Below are positions 19,604 to 28,892 of a DNA stretch of 45,256 nucleotides, one piece after another. Source of the stretch: Pseudomonadota bacterium. Its GTDB lineage: Bacteria; Pseudomonadota; Alphaproteobacteria; Rhodobacterales; Rhodobacteraceae. Each line of letters starts with the position of its first letter. The first letter of the stretch is position 1. The stretch lies in NCBI GenBank assembly GCA_039181205.1, contig JBCDCS010000001.1, positions 1 to 45,256 on the forward strand. The letters are read 5' to 3'. The notes below the pieces were generated by a model that did not search any database, was not told the DNA's origin, and saw only the letters and a list, made by a program, of their open reading frames with translations. The position numbers and the translations under genes are program-made.

Positions 19604-20325
19604 CCAGAACCGCCATCGTCACCGGAGGCTCACGCGGCATCGGTGCCGCCATTTCCAAGGCGCTGCAGGCCCAAGGCTGCACCGTCGCCGCGACATATGC
19701 CGGCAACGACGAAAAGGCCAAGGCCTTCAGCGACGAGACCGGCATCAAGACCTACAAATGGAACGTGGCCGATTACGATGCGTGCAAAGAAGGTCTCGCC
19801 AAGGTCGAAGCGGAGGTCGGCCCCATCGACATCCTGGTCAACAATGCGGGCATCACCCGCGACGCGCCCTTCCACAAGATGACGCCGGAACACTGGCATG
19901 CCGTTATCGACACCAATTTGAACGGCGTCTTCAACATGACACATAACGTCTGGGGCGGCATGCGGGAACGGAAGTTCGGCCGCGTCATCACGATCAGCTC
20001 GATCAATGGTCAAAAAGGGCAGTTCGCCCAGGCCAACTACGCCGCGACCAAGGCAGGTGATATCGGATTTACCAAGGCACTCGCCCAGGAAGGCGCGCGG
20101 GCGGGGATCACGGTGAACGTGGTGGCACCCGGCTACATCAACACCGATATGATGAGCACGATCCCGGAAAAAGTCATGAACGAGGTGATCTTGCCGCAGA
20201 TTCCCGTGGGTCGACTGGGCGAGCCGGAGGAGATCGCACGCTGCGTGGCGTTCCTCGCATCCGACGATGGCGGATTCATCACCGGATCGACGATCTCCGC
20301 CAACGGGGGCCAGTACTTGGCCTGA
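19600..20325 (+). CDS. phaB: Acetoacetyl-CoA reductase
   Basis: TGGSRGIG, NNAGITRD, SSINGQKGQFAQANYAATK. GGAGGAG RBS. Confidence 0.95.
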   Translation: MTRTAIVTGGSRGIGAAISKALQAQGCTVAATYAGNDEKAKAFSDETGIKTYKWNVADYDACKEGLAKVEAEVGPIDILVNNAGITRDAPFHKMTPEHWHAVIDTNLNGVFNMTHNVWGGMRERKFGRVITISSINGQKGQFAQANYAATKAGDIGFTKALAQEGARAGITVNVVAPGYINTDMMSTIPEKVMNEVILPQIPVGRLGEPEEIARCVAFLASDDGGFITGSTISANGGQYLA

Positions 20326-20363
20326 CGATCCGGTCCTCTGATAGAATTTCAGACTGGCGAAAG

Positions 20364-20397
20364 AAACGGGCCTCCGCAGCGAGCGGAGGCCCGTTTT
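20364..20397. terminator. Bidirectional terminator between phaB and small ORF
   Basis: AAACGGGCCTCCGC-AGCGA-GCGGAGGCCCGTTT perfect 14-bp stem. Confidence 0.85.
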
Positions 20398-20416
20398 CCG
20401 TCGGAGCCCGCGCGGA

Positions 20417-20560
20417 TCAGGCCGTCTGGCCGGGGCGCGTCAGCAGGCCCGTCAGGGAGGGGAAGCGGAAGCTGAACAGGCTCCGGAAGATGGCGGCCCG
20501 TTCGGCACGGGCGCGAGCGAAGGCTTCGTCATAGGTTGTAGTGGTATGCGTCTCAAACAT
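20417..20560 (-). CDS. 47-aa small protein divergent from gcvA (RSP_7527-like)
   Basis: MFETHTTTTYDEAFARARAERAAIFRSLFSFRFPSLTGLLTRPGQTA*. AAGGGA RBS and own terminator. Below the ORF-track length cut-off. Confidence 0.7.
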   Translation of the reverse strand: MFETHTTTTYDEAFARARAERAAIFRSLFSFRFPSLTGLLTRPGQTA

Positions 20561-20648
20561 AGCGGCTATTCCCTTATATCAAGTGTTTCTGTCTTGAGAC
20601 CAATATGGAGTTACTGAAACAAGCTGACAAACGAGACTTTTCAAAGAG

Positions 20649-20666
20649 TCAGTTAAGATATACTGA
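20649..20666. promoter_or_regulatory. Putative LysR operator
   Basis: TCAGT-N8-ACTGA inverted repeat in the AT-rich divergent region just before the gcvA start. Confidence 0.45.
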
Positions 20667-20672
20667 ACTGTC

Positions 20673-21608
20673 ATGCCGGAACGCCTTCCACCGCTCACTG
20701 CCCTGCGGGCTTTCGAAGCCGCGGCCCGCCATCTGTCGTTCCAGGCTGCAGCAGCCGAATTGTCAGTGACGCCAGCCGCGCTGTCCTTTCAGATCAAGTC
20801 GCTGGAGGAACATCTGGGCGCCCCGCTCTTCCGGCGGCTAAACCGGCGGGTCGAGCTGACGGATGCGGGCCTGGCGCTCAGCACGCCGTCTTCCGAGGCA
20901 TTCCAAACCCTTGCGTCCGGGTGGCGGGCGGCGAAACGGGTTCTCGACACCGGTATTCTGACGGTGACGGCCGGTCCGGCCTTCACGGCCAAATGGCTCG
21001 CGCCCCGGCTCTTCGATTTTGCGCAGCGGCACCCTGAAATCGAGCTGCGCTTTGCGGCAACATTGAAGATGCTGGACTTCACTACGGACGATGTGGACAT
21101 CGCCATCCGCTTCGGTCCCGACGACAGCAGCGATGCGGGGCTGCATCGCGCCTTGACTATCGATGAATGGCTGACGCCGATGATGCACCCCGATCTGGCG
21201 TCCAAACATCCGACGCCGGAGAGCCTTCTGACGGCCCCGATAATCTTCGATGACTCCATCGCTTTTCTCAGAAATTCAGTTAGTTGGCGCGACTGGTTCG
21301 CCAGGCATGACATCGTCGCCGACGATCTGCATGGCACTCGGTTCAGCCAGGCGGACCATGCCATCGATGCTGCCCAAGCCGGGGCGGGCGTGGTGCTGGG
21401 ACGGGTCAGTTTGGGCGAAACGGCGCTGCGCCAGGGTGCCCTGGTCGCGCCCTTCGAGACAGCGTTGGTGCCGCGCGCGAACTTCCGGGTGCTTTGCCCG
21501 ATCGGTGCGGAAACGCGGCCAGCCACGAAGGCCTTCTTGGACTGGCTGGAAAAGGAAGCGGCCCGGATGGACGATCACGCCGAGAATCGGCGTCTCATCC
21601 GGGTATAA
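20673..21608 (+). CDS. gcvA: LysR-family regulator, GcvA-like
   Basis: LPPLTALRAFEAAARHLSF..AA.EL.VTPAALSFQIKSLE and DIAIRFG. Confidence 0.88.
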   Translation: MPERLPPLTALRAFEAAARHLSFQAAAAELSVTPAALSFQIKSLEEHLGAPLFRRLNRRVELTDAGLALSTPSSEAFQTLASGWRAAKRVLDTGILTVTAGPAFTAKWLAPRLFDFAQRHPEIELRFAATLKMLDFTTDDVDIAIRFGPDDSSDAGLHRALTIDEWLTPMMHPDLASKHPTPESLLTAPIIFDDSIAFLRNSVSWRDWFARHDIVADDLHGTRFSQADHAIDAAQAGAGVVLGRVSLGETALRQGALVAPFETALVPRANFRVLCPIGAETRPATKAFLDWLEKEAARMDDHAENRRLIRV

Positions 21609-21648
21609 TCCACGTCTGACCTATGTCCGACATTCGATTAGACGGGCG

Positions 21649-21676
21649 GCGGATCCGCAGAAGGATGCGGACCCGC
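21649..21676. terminator. Hairpin between convergent gcvA and DUF465 gene
   Basis: GCGGATCCGCA-GAAGGA-TGCGGACCCGC. Confidence 0.55.
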
Positions 21677-21684
21677 GATTTCTC

Positions 21685-21858
21685 TTAGTGTGTGGCTGCG
21701 CTCAGACGCTCGATCTGTTCCTTGATGGCCAGCTTGCGCTTTTTCATTTCGGCCAGTGCCACGCTGTCGACGGCGGGGGAGCGCTGCTCCTCCTCTACCT
21801 GCCGGGAGAGATTTTCATGTTTCTTTCGTAGCTCCTGCAGGTGCGACGTCAGCGACAT
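21685..21858 (-). CDS. DUF465 (YdcH-like) small coiled-coil protein
   Basis: MSLTSHLQELRKKH...MKKRKLAIKEQI. GAGGAG RBS. Confidence 0.88.
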   Translation of the reverse strand: MSLTSHLQELRKKHENLSRQVEEEQRSPAVDSVALAEMKKRKLAIKEQIERLSAATH

Positions 21859-21963
21859 ATGTGTCTCCTCTCTGTGATGGCTTGTCTGTCCAGTGCACCA
21901 TACGAGATGGGGACGTGTCACGGACTTTCGAAGCGCTCCGCAGAAATTTACACAGCTTTTGAG

Positions 21964-22689
21964 TCAATTTAGCGGAAGTGCGCCAGCGTCCCGCAGAACG
22001 GCCTGAGCATCCGCCGTATGGTGATCGCGGTCGCCATCATGCGCTGTGCCTTGATGCATGACGAATGGCGGGAGCAAGCGCATAGGTGCGCGGGCGCCCT
22101 TCACCCCCTGGACGATAACCCGACCGGCCTCGGCCCCCTTGCGACTGGCGATCGGCAGGACGACCAGGCCGCCCAAGCGCAGGGCGCCCAACAAGTCGGG
22201 CAACCGATCGGTGCGCGCGATGAATGTGACGCTGCCTTTCGGCGCGACCCTGCGGCATGCCAGATCAGCCCAAAGGGCAATCTGCCCGGCTTCATTTTCA
22301 CGCAATGCCGCTTCGCGCGCTAAATCGGGCGACGGGGATCCCCGACCGGCCGAAAAGTAGGGCGGGTTGCAGATCACATGGTCGAACGGTCGGCGCAGGG
22401 CCCGCGGCAGATCGAGCGCATCCGCCTCGACTACTTCGGCCGATCCATTCCGACGGGCAAGCGCGGCCATGTCGGGATCCCGTTCGATACCGGTCAAAAC
22501 GAGCTCCGGAACACGGGCGGCGAGGCAATACATCGCAGCCCCCACCCCGCAGCCCAGATCAAGCACCGTCTGACCCGGGCACGCGGGGCAAGCCGCCGCC
22601 AGGAGCACGGCATCCGACCCCGCCCGAAAACCCTTTGCAGGCTGCAATAAAGTGAGACGGCCGCCCAAAAAGCCATCGCTGGTGATCAT
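21964..22689 (-). CDS. tRNA1(Val) A37 N6-methyltransferase family SAM-dependent methyltransferase
   Basis: GFRAGSDAVLLAA, VLDLGCGVG, NPPY. Confidence 0.88.
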   Translation of the reverse strand: MITSDGFLGGRLTLLQPAKGFRAGSDAVLLAAACPACPGQTVLDLGCGVGAAMYCLAARVPELVLTGIERDPDMAALARRNGSAEVVEADALDLPRALRRPFDHVICNPPYFSAGRGSPSPDLAREAALRENEAGQIALWADLACRRVAPKGSVTFIARTDRLPDLLGALRLGGLVVLPIASRKGAEAGRVIVQGVKGARAPMRLLPPFVMHQGTAHDGDRDHHTADAQAVLRDAGALPLN

Positions 22690-22901
22690 TCGGAAACGGA
22701 AATCCCATTGTCGCGCATCGTGGCCCGCGCCATGAACAAATCCGCTTCCGCAACCATCATGCGACGCGGTAACACACCGATGGACCCTTCCAGAATGGAC
22801 GTGTTTGCGTCCAGAACGAAGGAGTCTATACCCTCGCCGTCGAGCAGAGCCGACGCGAAGGCGATGACCGTCGGGTCGTTCGTTCTAAGCAATTCGCGCA
22901 T
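22686..22901 (-). CDS. DUF2007 family protein
   Basis: MRELLRTNDPTVIAFASALL...SILEGSIGVLPRR. Stop overlaps the methyltransferase start. Confidence 0.82.
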   Translation of the reverse strand: MRELLRTNDPTVIAFASALLDGEGIDSFVLDANTSILEGSIGVLPRRMMVAEADLFMARATMRDNGISVSE

Positions 22902-22949
22902 GGCCCGACAGTTAGGGATACCGAAGGCCGGTGTCGAGGAGAGACAGCG

Positions 22950-23942
22950 ATGACTGAGGCCAGGCCGATTCGGCCCCATGATCGGCTCGCCGCCGCCTGC
23001 GCGGCGGAAATGGAAGCCGTGAACGGGTTGATCCGCGCGCGGATGGCATCAGAAAATGCGCCGCGCATCCCGGAAGTGACGGCCCACCTGGTCGAGGCGG
23101 GTGGCAAGCGGCTCCGTCCGCTGCTGACGGTGGCCTGCGCAAAGATGTGCGGCTACGACGGCGAAGATCATCTGAAGCTGGCCGCAACGGTGGAGTTCAT
23201 CCACACGGCGACGCTGCTCCATGACGATGTCGTGGATGAAAGCCAGCAGCGTCGGGGAAGACCGACTGCAAATCTTCTTTGGGACAATCAATCGAGCGTG
23301 CTAGTCGGCGATTACCTGTTCGCGCGGTCGTTCCAGTTGATGGTGGAGACCGGATCACTGCGGGTGCTGGACATCCTGTCGGGGGCGGCGGCGACGATTG
23401 CCGAGGGCGAGGTGCTGCAACTGACAGCGGCGCGGAACCTGGCGACGACGGAGGAGACCTATCTGCGGGTCGTGCGGGGCAAGACCGCGGCCTTGTTCGA
23501 GGCGGCCTGCGAGGTGGGCGGCGTCGTGGCAGATGTGTCCGACGAACAGATCGCGGCCGTGGCACAATTCGGCGATGCGCTCGGCGTAGCATTCCAGATG
23601 GTGGACGATTGGCTGGATTACGGCGGTGCGGGTGACGGGATCGGCAAGAATTTGGGCGACGACTTCCGGGAAGGGAAGCTGACACTGCCGGTAATCCGGG
23701 CGATAGCCCGCGGAGACGCGACGGAGCGGGCCTTCTGGCGGGACGCGTTGGAACTGGGCCGGTCTGATGACTTCCCACAAGCGCGGGAGATTGTGGCACG
23801 GCACGGCACATTGGAAGAAACGCGGCTGGAGGCCCTAGCTTGGCGCGACAGGGCACGGGCAGCGTTGGATATGCTGCCACAGAACGACCTGCGGGATATG
23901 CTGGGCGACCTAGCGGATTACGTGGTGGTGCGTGCGGCCTGA
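22950..23942 (+). CDS. ispB: Polyprenyl (octa/decaprenyl) diphosphate synthase
   Basis: GGKRLRP, LLHDDVVD, RRG, GKTA, QMVDDWLD, GKNLGDD. Confidence 0.93.
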   Translation: MTEARPIRPHDRLAAACAAEMEAVNGLIRARMASENAPRIPEVTAHLVEAGGKRLRPLLTVACAKMCGYDGEDHLKLAATVEFIHTATLLHDDVVDESQQRRGRPTANLLWDNQSSVLVGDYLFARSFQLMVETGSLRVLDILSGAAATIAEGEVLQLTAARNLATTEETYLRVVRGKTAALFEAACEVGGVVADVSDEQIAAVAQFGDALGVAFQMVDDWLDYGGAGDGIGKNLGDDFREGKLTLPVIRAIARGDATERAFWRDALELGRSDDFPQAREIVARHGTLEETRLEALAWRDRARAALDMLPQNDLRDMLGDLADYVVVRAA

Positions 23943-23955
23943 TCGAGGCCAAGTT

Positions 23956-24747
23956 TTAGGCCAATGAACAGGATCTGACCCACCAGCCCGTGGTTTCCAG
24001 GGCCGTGGCGGCGGCATCGGCGGCCGCGCGGGTGGGCCAGAGGCCGAAACAGGTGGCACCCGAGCCGGACATCCGGGCCAATTCAGCACCAGCGTGATGC
24101 AACGCATCGAGAGCATCGGCGACCACGGGCGCCGCGGCGATTGCGGGCGGTTCCAGATCGTTGCGTTGCCGGGCAATCCAGGCGCGCCAGGCGACCGGGT
24201 CCGGGTCGTCAGGCAGCGGATCCATGGGCGGGTTCCGGGGCGTCGCCAGACCCTGGAATACCCGAGCGGTGGGCAGATCGGCACCAGGATGAATCAGCAC
24301 GGCGTGGAGGCTCGGCATGGCGACGGGCGCCACGTCTTCGCCGATTCCACGCATCGTGGCGGCCCGGGCCTCAACGCAGACGGGGAGATCGGCACCGAGG
24401 GTGATCAAGCGATCGGTGGTCAGATCGGCGCCCGCCAGGCGAAGCGCAGTGGCCGCGTCGGAGGACCCGCCACCGATCCCGCCAGGATGGGGCAGGTTCT
24501 TTTCCACGGTGATCGCCCTAGGCGCCGCCGCCAAGGTGAGGGCCCGGCGGATCAGGTTCGTGTCATCGATTGGCACACCAGACGCGAAGGGGCCGTTGAC
24601 GGTAAGGCTGTCGCCATCGGTTGCGTGCAGAACGTCACCGATATCGGCGAATGCCACCAGGCTGTCGAGCAGGTGATATCCATCGGCACGGCGCCCGGTG
24701 ACGTGGAGCGTCAGGTTGACCTTGGCGGGGGCGAGGGCGCGGCGCAT
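23956..24747 (-). CDS. ispE: 4-diphosphocytidyl-2-C-methyl-D-erythritol kinase
   Basis: APAKVNLTLHV, GIGGGSSDAA, GADLPVC, MSGSGATCF. Confidence 0.95.
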   Translation of the reverse strand: MRRALAPAKVNLTLHVTGRRADGYHLLDSLVAFADIGDVLHATDGDSLTVNGPFASGVPIDDTNLIRRALTLAAAPRAITVEKNLPHPGGIGGGSSDAATALRLAGADLTTDRLITLGADLPVCVEARAATMRGIGEDVAPVAMPSLHAVLIHPGADLPTARVFQGLATPRNPPMDPLPDDPDPVAWRAWIARQRNDLEPPAIAAAPVVADALDALHHAGAELARMSGSGATCFGLWPTRAAADAAATALETTGWWVRSCSLA

Positions 24748-24806
24748 GGGCGGGGCGTAGCCGGTCGGCCAGCAAATGCCAAACCGCTCGACAGGTCCAG
24801 CTCGCG

Positions 24807-26492
24807 TTATTCGTCGGCGGCTTCGATGGCGCCCTTGCCGCCTTCTTCCTCCAGGACGACATCGAGACCGACATCGAGCTTGCGGCGGATCCGAGTTTCA
24901 TCCGTTTCCTCAGGGTCGAGGGACAAAGCACGGCGCCATTGAAACTCGGCCTCCAGCCGACGGCCCACGGTCCAGAGCACGTCGCCCAGATGGTCATTGA
25001 TGATCGGGTCGAGCGGCTGCAACTGGACGGCGCGCTCCATGGGCGGCACGGCTTCTTCGTAGCGGCCGAGCCGGTAGAGCACCCAACCCAGGGAGTCGGT
25101 GATGTATCCATCGTCGGGGCGGGCGGCGACGGCCCGTTCGATCATATCCAGCGCCTCATCGAGCTTCATGCGCTGCTCCACCAGGCCATAGCCCAAATAG
25201 TTCAGAACCAGGGGCTGATCGGGATTGAGGTCGAGCGCCCGGCGGAAATCGGCCTCGGCCGCATCCCATACACCGGTGCGTTCCACGGCAATGCCGCGCA
25301 CATAGTAGAGAAACCAGTCCTCTGGCGTATCCTCGTCAATCATAGAAATCGCGCGATCATAGGCTTCGGCGGATTCCTCGAACCGTTCGAGCCGCCGGAG
25401 CACGTCGCCATAAGCCGTCCAAACGGTCTGCTCATCAGGGTGGGAGCGTGTGAGGGCCCGCAACACTTCGACGGCGGCCTCCTCGCGGCCATCGGCCAGC
25501 AGCACCTCGGCGCGGGTGATTTCGGCTCCGAAGAAGCTGGGATCGTCGCGTGGCACTTGGGTAAGTGTGTCGCTGGCCAAATCGTACTGGCTCTGCATCT
25601 CGAAAAGCTCGCCCACCAGGATGAGCGCATCCACGTGGGAGGGCCGCAGCACGGCGGCAGCGCGAGCATTGAGCAGCGTGAAGGTGGGTGAGGTTTCACC
25701 GGCAAGGATGGCCGCGAGCGTGAAATAGGCCTCGGCCATGCCCTCCTTAGGATCGGTAATGAAGTCCCAGGACAGCGGCTCCCCGGCCGCGAGCTGGTCG
25801 GCTTGGCTCTGCAAGACGGGGGAATTGGTGGCGGCAGCGGCTTGGTTCAGCAATTCGGCGGCGTCTTCGATGCGGCCCAGTTCCACGAGAACTTGGGCCT
25901 GGGCAGTGGTGCCCCGGGTCGTCAGGCTCAGCGCGCCATACGCATCGCCGGACAGAATGTCCTGCGCGCCTTCGAAATTGCCCGACATGGCGCGCAGATA
26001 GGCTTGGTGCAGGCGGGCGATCGTCATGAAAGCCCGGCGCTGGGCGAGCGCATCAAATGCCTCTTCGGCGGCCGCGACATCCCCATTTGCCGCGGCGATC
26101 CAGCCGTCGATCAGACCATCGAGCAGGGCGCCACCCACGCTGCCAGACCCGCCGAGAAGCTCGGACGCGGCGGCGAGGTCTTCGTTCTTAAGGAAGGTGA
26201 TCAAACGGACGGCATTTGCGAACTGGCTCGGCTGTCCAGCCGCGATCAGTCGATCTGCAGCCTCAGCGGCGTCATCGAACCGGCCCAGCACGCCGTAGAT
26301 GATGACGGCGTTTTCCAAGACCTGGGGCGTGACCGTTCGGGTGCGTAGCAACCGATCATAATAGCGGGCCGCTGAGTCATAATCGTTGGAATATCCTGCG
26401 ATCCGGGCCGCCAGATAGGGTCCTGCGACGCCCTGAGCCTGTGCGGCAGCGGGGATAAGCAGCGTCGCGGCGAGAAGAAGCGATTTCAGCAT
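24807..26492 (-). CDS. Secreted tetratricopeptide repeat protein
   Basis: Signal peptide MLKSLLLAATLLIPAAAQA. TPRs with LNYLGY, DSLGW, DHLGD. Conserved position upstream of ispE. Confidence 0.9.
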   Translation of the reverse strand: MLKSLLLAATLLIPAAAQAQGVAGPYLAARIAGYSNDYDSAARYYDRLLRTRTVTPQVLENAVIIYGVLGRFDDAAEAADRLIAAGQPSQFANAVRLITFLKNEDLAAASELLGGSGSVGGALLDGLIDGWIAAANGDVAAAEEAFDALAQRRAFMTIARLHQAYLRAMSGNFEGAQDILSGDAYGALSLTTRGTTAQAQVLVELGRIEDAAELLNQAAAATNSPVLQSQADQLAAGEPLSWDFITDPKEGMAEAYFTLAAILAGETSPTFTLLNARAAAVLRPSHVDALILVGELFEMQSQYDLASDTLTQVPRDDPSFFGAEITRAEVLLADGREEAAVEVLRALTRSHPDEQTVWTAYGDVLRRLERFEESAEAYDRAISMIDEDTPEDWFLYYVRGIAVERTGVWDAAEADFRRALDLNPDQPLVLNYLGYGLVEQRMKLDEALDMIERAVAARPDDGYITDSLGWVLYRLGRYEEAVPPMERAVQLQPLDPIINDHLGDVLWTVGRRLEAEFQWRRALSLDPEETDETRIRRKLDVGLDVVLEEEGGKGAIEAADE

Positions 26493-26680
26493 CGAAAGCC
26501 CTCTGGGCGCAGGACGCGCCATGTCTGGTGTCTGACGGCGGCCGGAGTGGACGAACACGCCTTTGGGGTAGGCTAGGGGGCGGAAGGGCGTTGTGCAACG
26601 CACGAGGCGGAGCCGCCGCCCCAGCGTGGCCCTTCGGCCCGACCGAACACGGGATCGTGATCAGGGATCGGGCGCCAGCG

Positions 26681-28357
26681 TCACATGTTCGGGTAATTGG
26701 GCCCGTCGCCGCCCTGGGGCGTGGTCCAGACGATGTTCTGGGCAGGGTCCTTGATGTCACAGGTCTTGCAGTGGACGCAGTTCTGGAAGTTGATGACGAA
26801 CTTCGCATCGTCGCCTTCGCCCACGAATTCATAGACGCCCGCCGGGCAATAACGGCTGGACGGCGCGTCATATGTCTTCAGATCGACCGCCAAGGGGATA
26901 GCCGCATCCTTCAGGGTAAGGTGGGCGGGTTGGCTTTCTTCGTGATTGGTGAAGCTGTAGGCCACGTTGGTCAGGCGATCGAAGCTGAGCACGCCGTCGG
27001 GTTTCGGATAATCGATGGGTTTGTGTTTACCCGCCTTTTCCGTGCTTTCAGCATCGGATTTGTTGTGGTGGGTCGTGAACGGAGAGGTGCCGAAAAGGTT
27101 GTTGATCCACATCGAGGCGCCGCCGATGGTAAGCGATGCGGCCAGGCCGTAATGGGACCAGAGCGGCTTGACGTTCCGGACGGCCTTCAGGTCCTTGCCG
27201 ACAGCACCGGTGCGAATTTCGGCATCGTATTCCGTCAGGGTGTCGGAACCGCGCCCTGCTTCCAGTGCTGCATGGGCCGCTTCGGCGGCGGCTTTGCCCG
27301 ACAGCATGGCGTTGTGATTGCCCTTGATCCGGGGGACGTTCACCATCCCCGCCGCGCAACCCAGGAGCGCGCCGCCTGGGAAGACGGTCTTCGGCAGCGA
27401 TTGCCAACCACCTTCGGTGATCGCGCGGGCGCCATAGGCCACACGCTTTCCGCCCTTCAAAAGCTCGGCGACCATCGGGTGATGCTTGAAGCGCTGGAAT
27501 TCCATGTAAGGGAAGACGTAGGGATTCTTGTAGTTCAGGTGAACGACAAAGCCCACATAGACCTGACTGTTATCAATATGATAGATGAAGCTGCCGCCGC
27601 CCGCATTGGAACCCAGCGGCCAACCCATCGTGTGCACGACCTTGCCGGGCTCATGCTTGTCAGGATCGATCTCCCAGATTTCCTTCATGCCGATCCCGTA
27701 TTTCTGGGGGTCGGAATCGGCGTCCAGGCCATATTTGGCGATCACCTGTTTTGACAGGGAGCCGCGCACGCCTTCGCCCAGAAAGACGTACTTGCCGTGG
27801 AGTTCCATCCCGGGTTCGTAACCGTCGCCCATCGTGCCATCTGGGTTCTTGCCAAATTCCCCAGCGACGACACCCTTCACACGGCCTTCTTCATCAAAGA
27901 CCAGTTCGGAACAAGCCATGCCGGGAAAGATCTCGACGCCCATCTCCTCGGCCTGCTCCGCCATCCAGCGGCAGACATTGCCCATGGAGACGACGTAGTT
28001 GCCGTGGTTCGACATCAGCGGCGGCATCGCGATGTTGGGAACGCGAACTTTGCCGGCCGGCCCAAGGACATAGAAGCTGTCGGAGGTAACTGGAACGTCG
28101 AGTGGCGCGCCCTTTTCCTTCCAATCCGGGATCAGTTCGGTCAGCCCGACCGGGTCCAGCACCGCCCCCGAGAGAATATGCGCACCGACCTCGGAGCCTT
28201 TCTCCAACACGACGACCGAGCGTTCGGGATCGAGTTGCTTCAGCCGGATCGCCGCCGACAAGCCAGCAGGGCCCGCGCCGACGATGACGACGTCGTATTC
28301 CATCGCCTCGCGCTCGATGGCGGCGGTGTCTAGATCGGGTGCTGTCTGGTCGAACAT
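26681..28357 (-). CDS. etfD: Electron transfer flavoprotein-ubiquinone oxidoreductase
   Basis: DVVIVGAGPAGL FAD motif, GAHILSGA, Fe-S motif CPAGVY...NCVHCKTCDIKDP. Start 28357 or 28363. Confidence 0.95.
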   Translation of the reverse strand: MFDQTAPDLDTAAIEREAMEYDVVIVGAGPAGLSAAIRLKQLDPERSVVVLEKGSEVGAHILSGAVLDPVGLTELIPDWKEKGAPLDVPVTSDSFYVLGPAGKVRVPNIAMPPLMSNHGNYVVSMGNVCRWMAEQAEEMGVEIFPGMACSELVFDEEGRVKGVVAGEFGKNPDGTMGDGYEPGMELHGKYVFLGEGVRGSLSKQVIAKYGLDADSDPQKYGIGMKEIWEIDPDKHEPGKVVHTMGWPLGSNAGGGSFIYHIDNSQVYVGFVVHLNYKNPYVFPYMEFQRFKHHPMVAELLKGGKRVAYGARAITEGGWQSLPKTVFPGGALLGCAAGMVNVPRIKGNHNAMLSGKAAAEAAHAALEAGRGSDTLTEYDAEIRTGAVGKDLKAVRNVKPLWSHYGLAASLTIGGASMWINNLFGTSPFTTHHNKSDAESTEKAGKHKPIDYPKPDGVLSFDRLTNVAYSFTNHEESQPAHLTLKDAAIPLAVDLKTYDAPSSRYCPAGVYEFVGEGDDAKFVINFQNCVHCKTCDIKDPAQNIVWTTPQGGDGPNYPNM

Positions 28358-28411
28358 ATACAACCTCTCAAGATAGCGTCCGAAGACGGGTTGGACAGGG
28401 TATGGGTATGC

Positions 28412-28427
28412 CTGACGTGCACGTCAA
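28412..28427. promoter_or_regulatory. LiuR-type operator upstream of ETF-QO
   Basis: Perfect palindrome TGACGTGCACGTCA (28413-28426) resembles the LiuR motif TGACGT-N2-ACGTCA. ETF genes are typical LiuR targets. Confidence 0.6.
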
Positions 28428-28583
28428 TCGTGACGCAGCATCATGTCGCGGCGGTGATGGGCCGTGAGGTATGACGCCACGTCCACGGGCCGCCGGCGTG
28501 ACAAATGGCTCGTTTGCGACCCTGCCCTTTCCGCCTGCGCCGGGCTTCGATATTGGGGCGCGACCCTGTGCCGGAGGCCGACC

Positions 28584-28892
28584 ATGACCCCATTTCGTAT
28601 CCTTCTCATCGTGCTCTGCGTGGCAGGTGTGATCCTCCCGTTCCGTTATTTCCTGCCTTGGCTGCAGGCGAACGATTGGGACATGGGACTGATGCTAGAG
28701 GCCTGGCACGTGAACGATGCGACATCCGGCCTGGTCTGGGACCTGACCGTCGCGGCAGTGACGCTGACGGTCTGGTGCATCTGGGAAAGCGTGCGGACGC
28801 GCCGGTGGATCGGGCTTCTGGCGATCCCGGCAACCTATGGTGTGGGCGTTTCGCTGGGGCTGCCGCTCTATCTGCTGCTCAGGCGGACCTGA
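28584..28892 (+). CDS. DUF2834-like small membrane protein
   Basis: Three TM segments, SGLVWDL..A and GVGVSLGLPLYL. GGAGG RBS. Stop overlaps the lysA start. Confidence 0.8.
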   Translation: MTPFRILLIVLCVAGVILPFRYFLPWLQANDWDMGLMLEAWHVNDATSGLVWDLTVAAVTLTVWCIWESVRTRRWIGLLAIPATYGVGVSLGLPLYLLLRRT

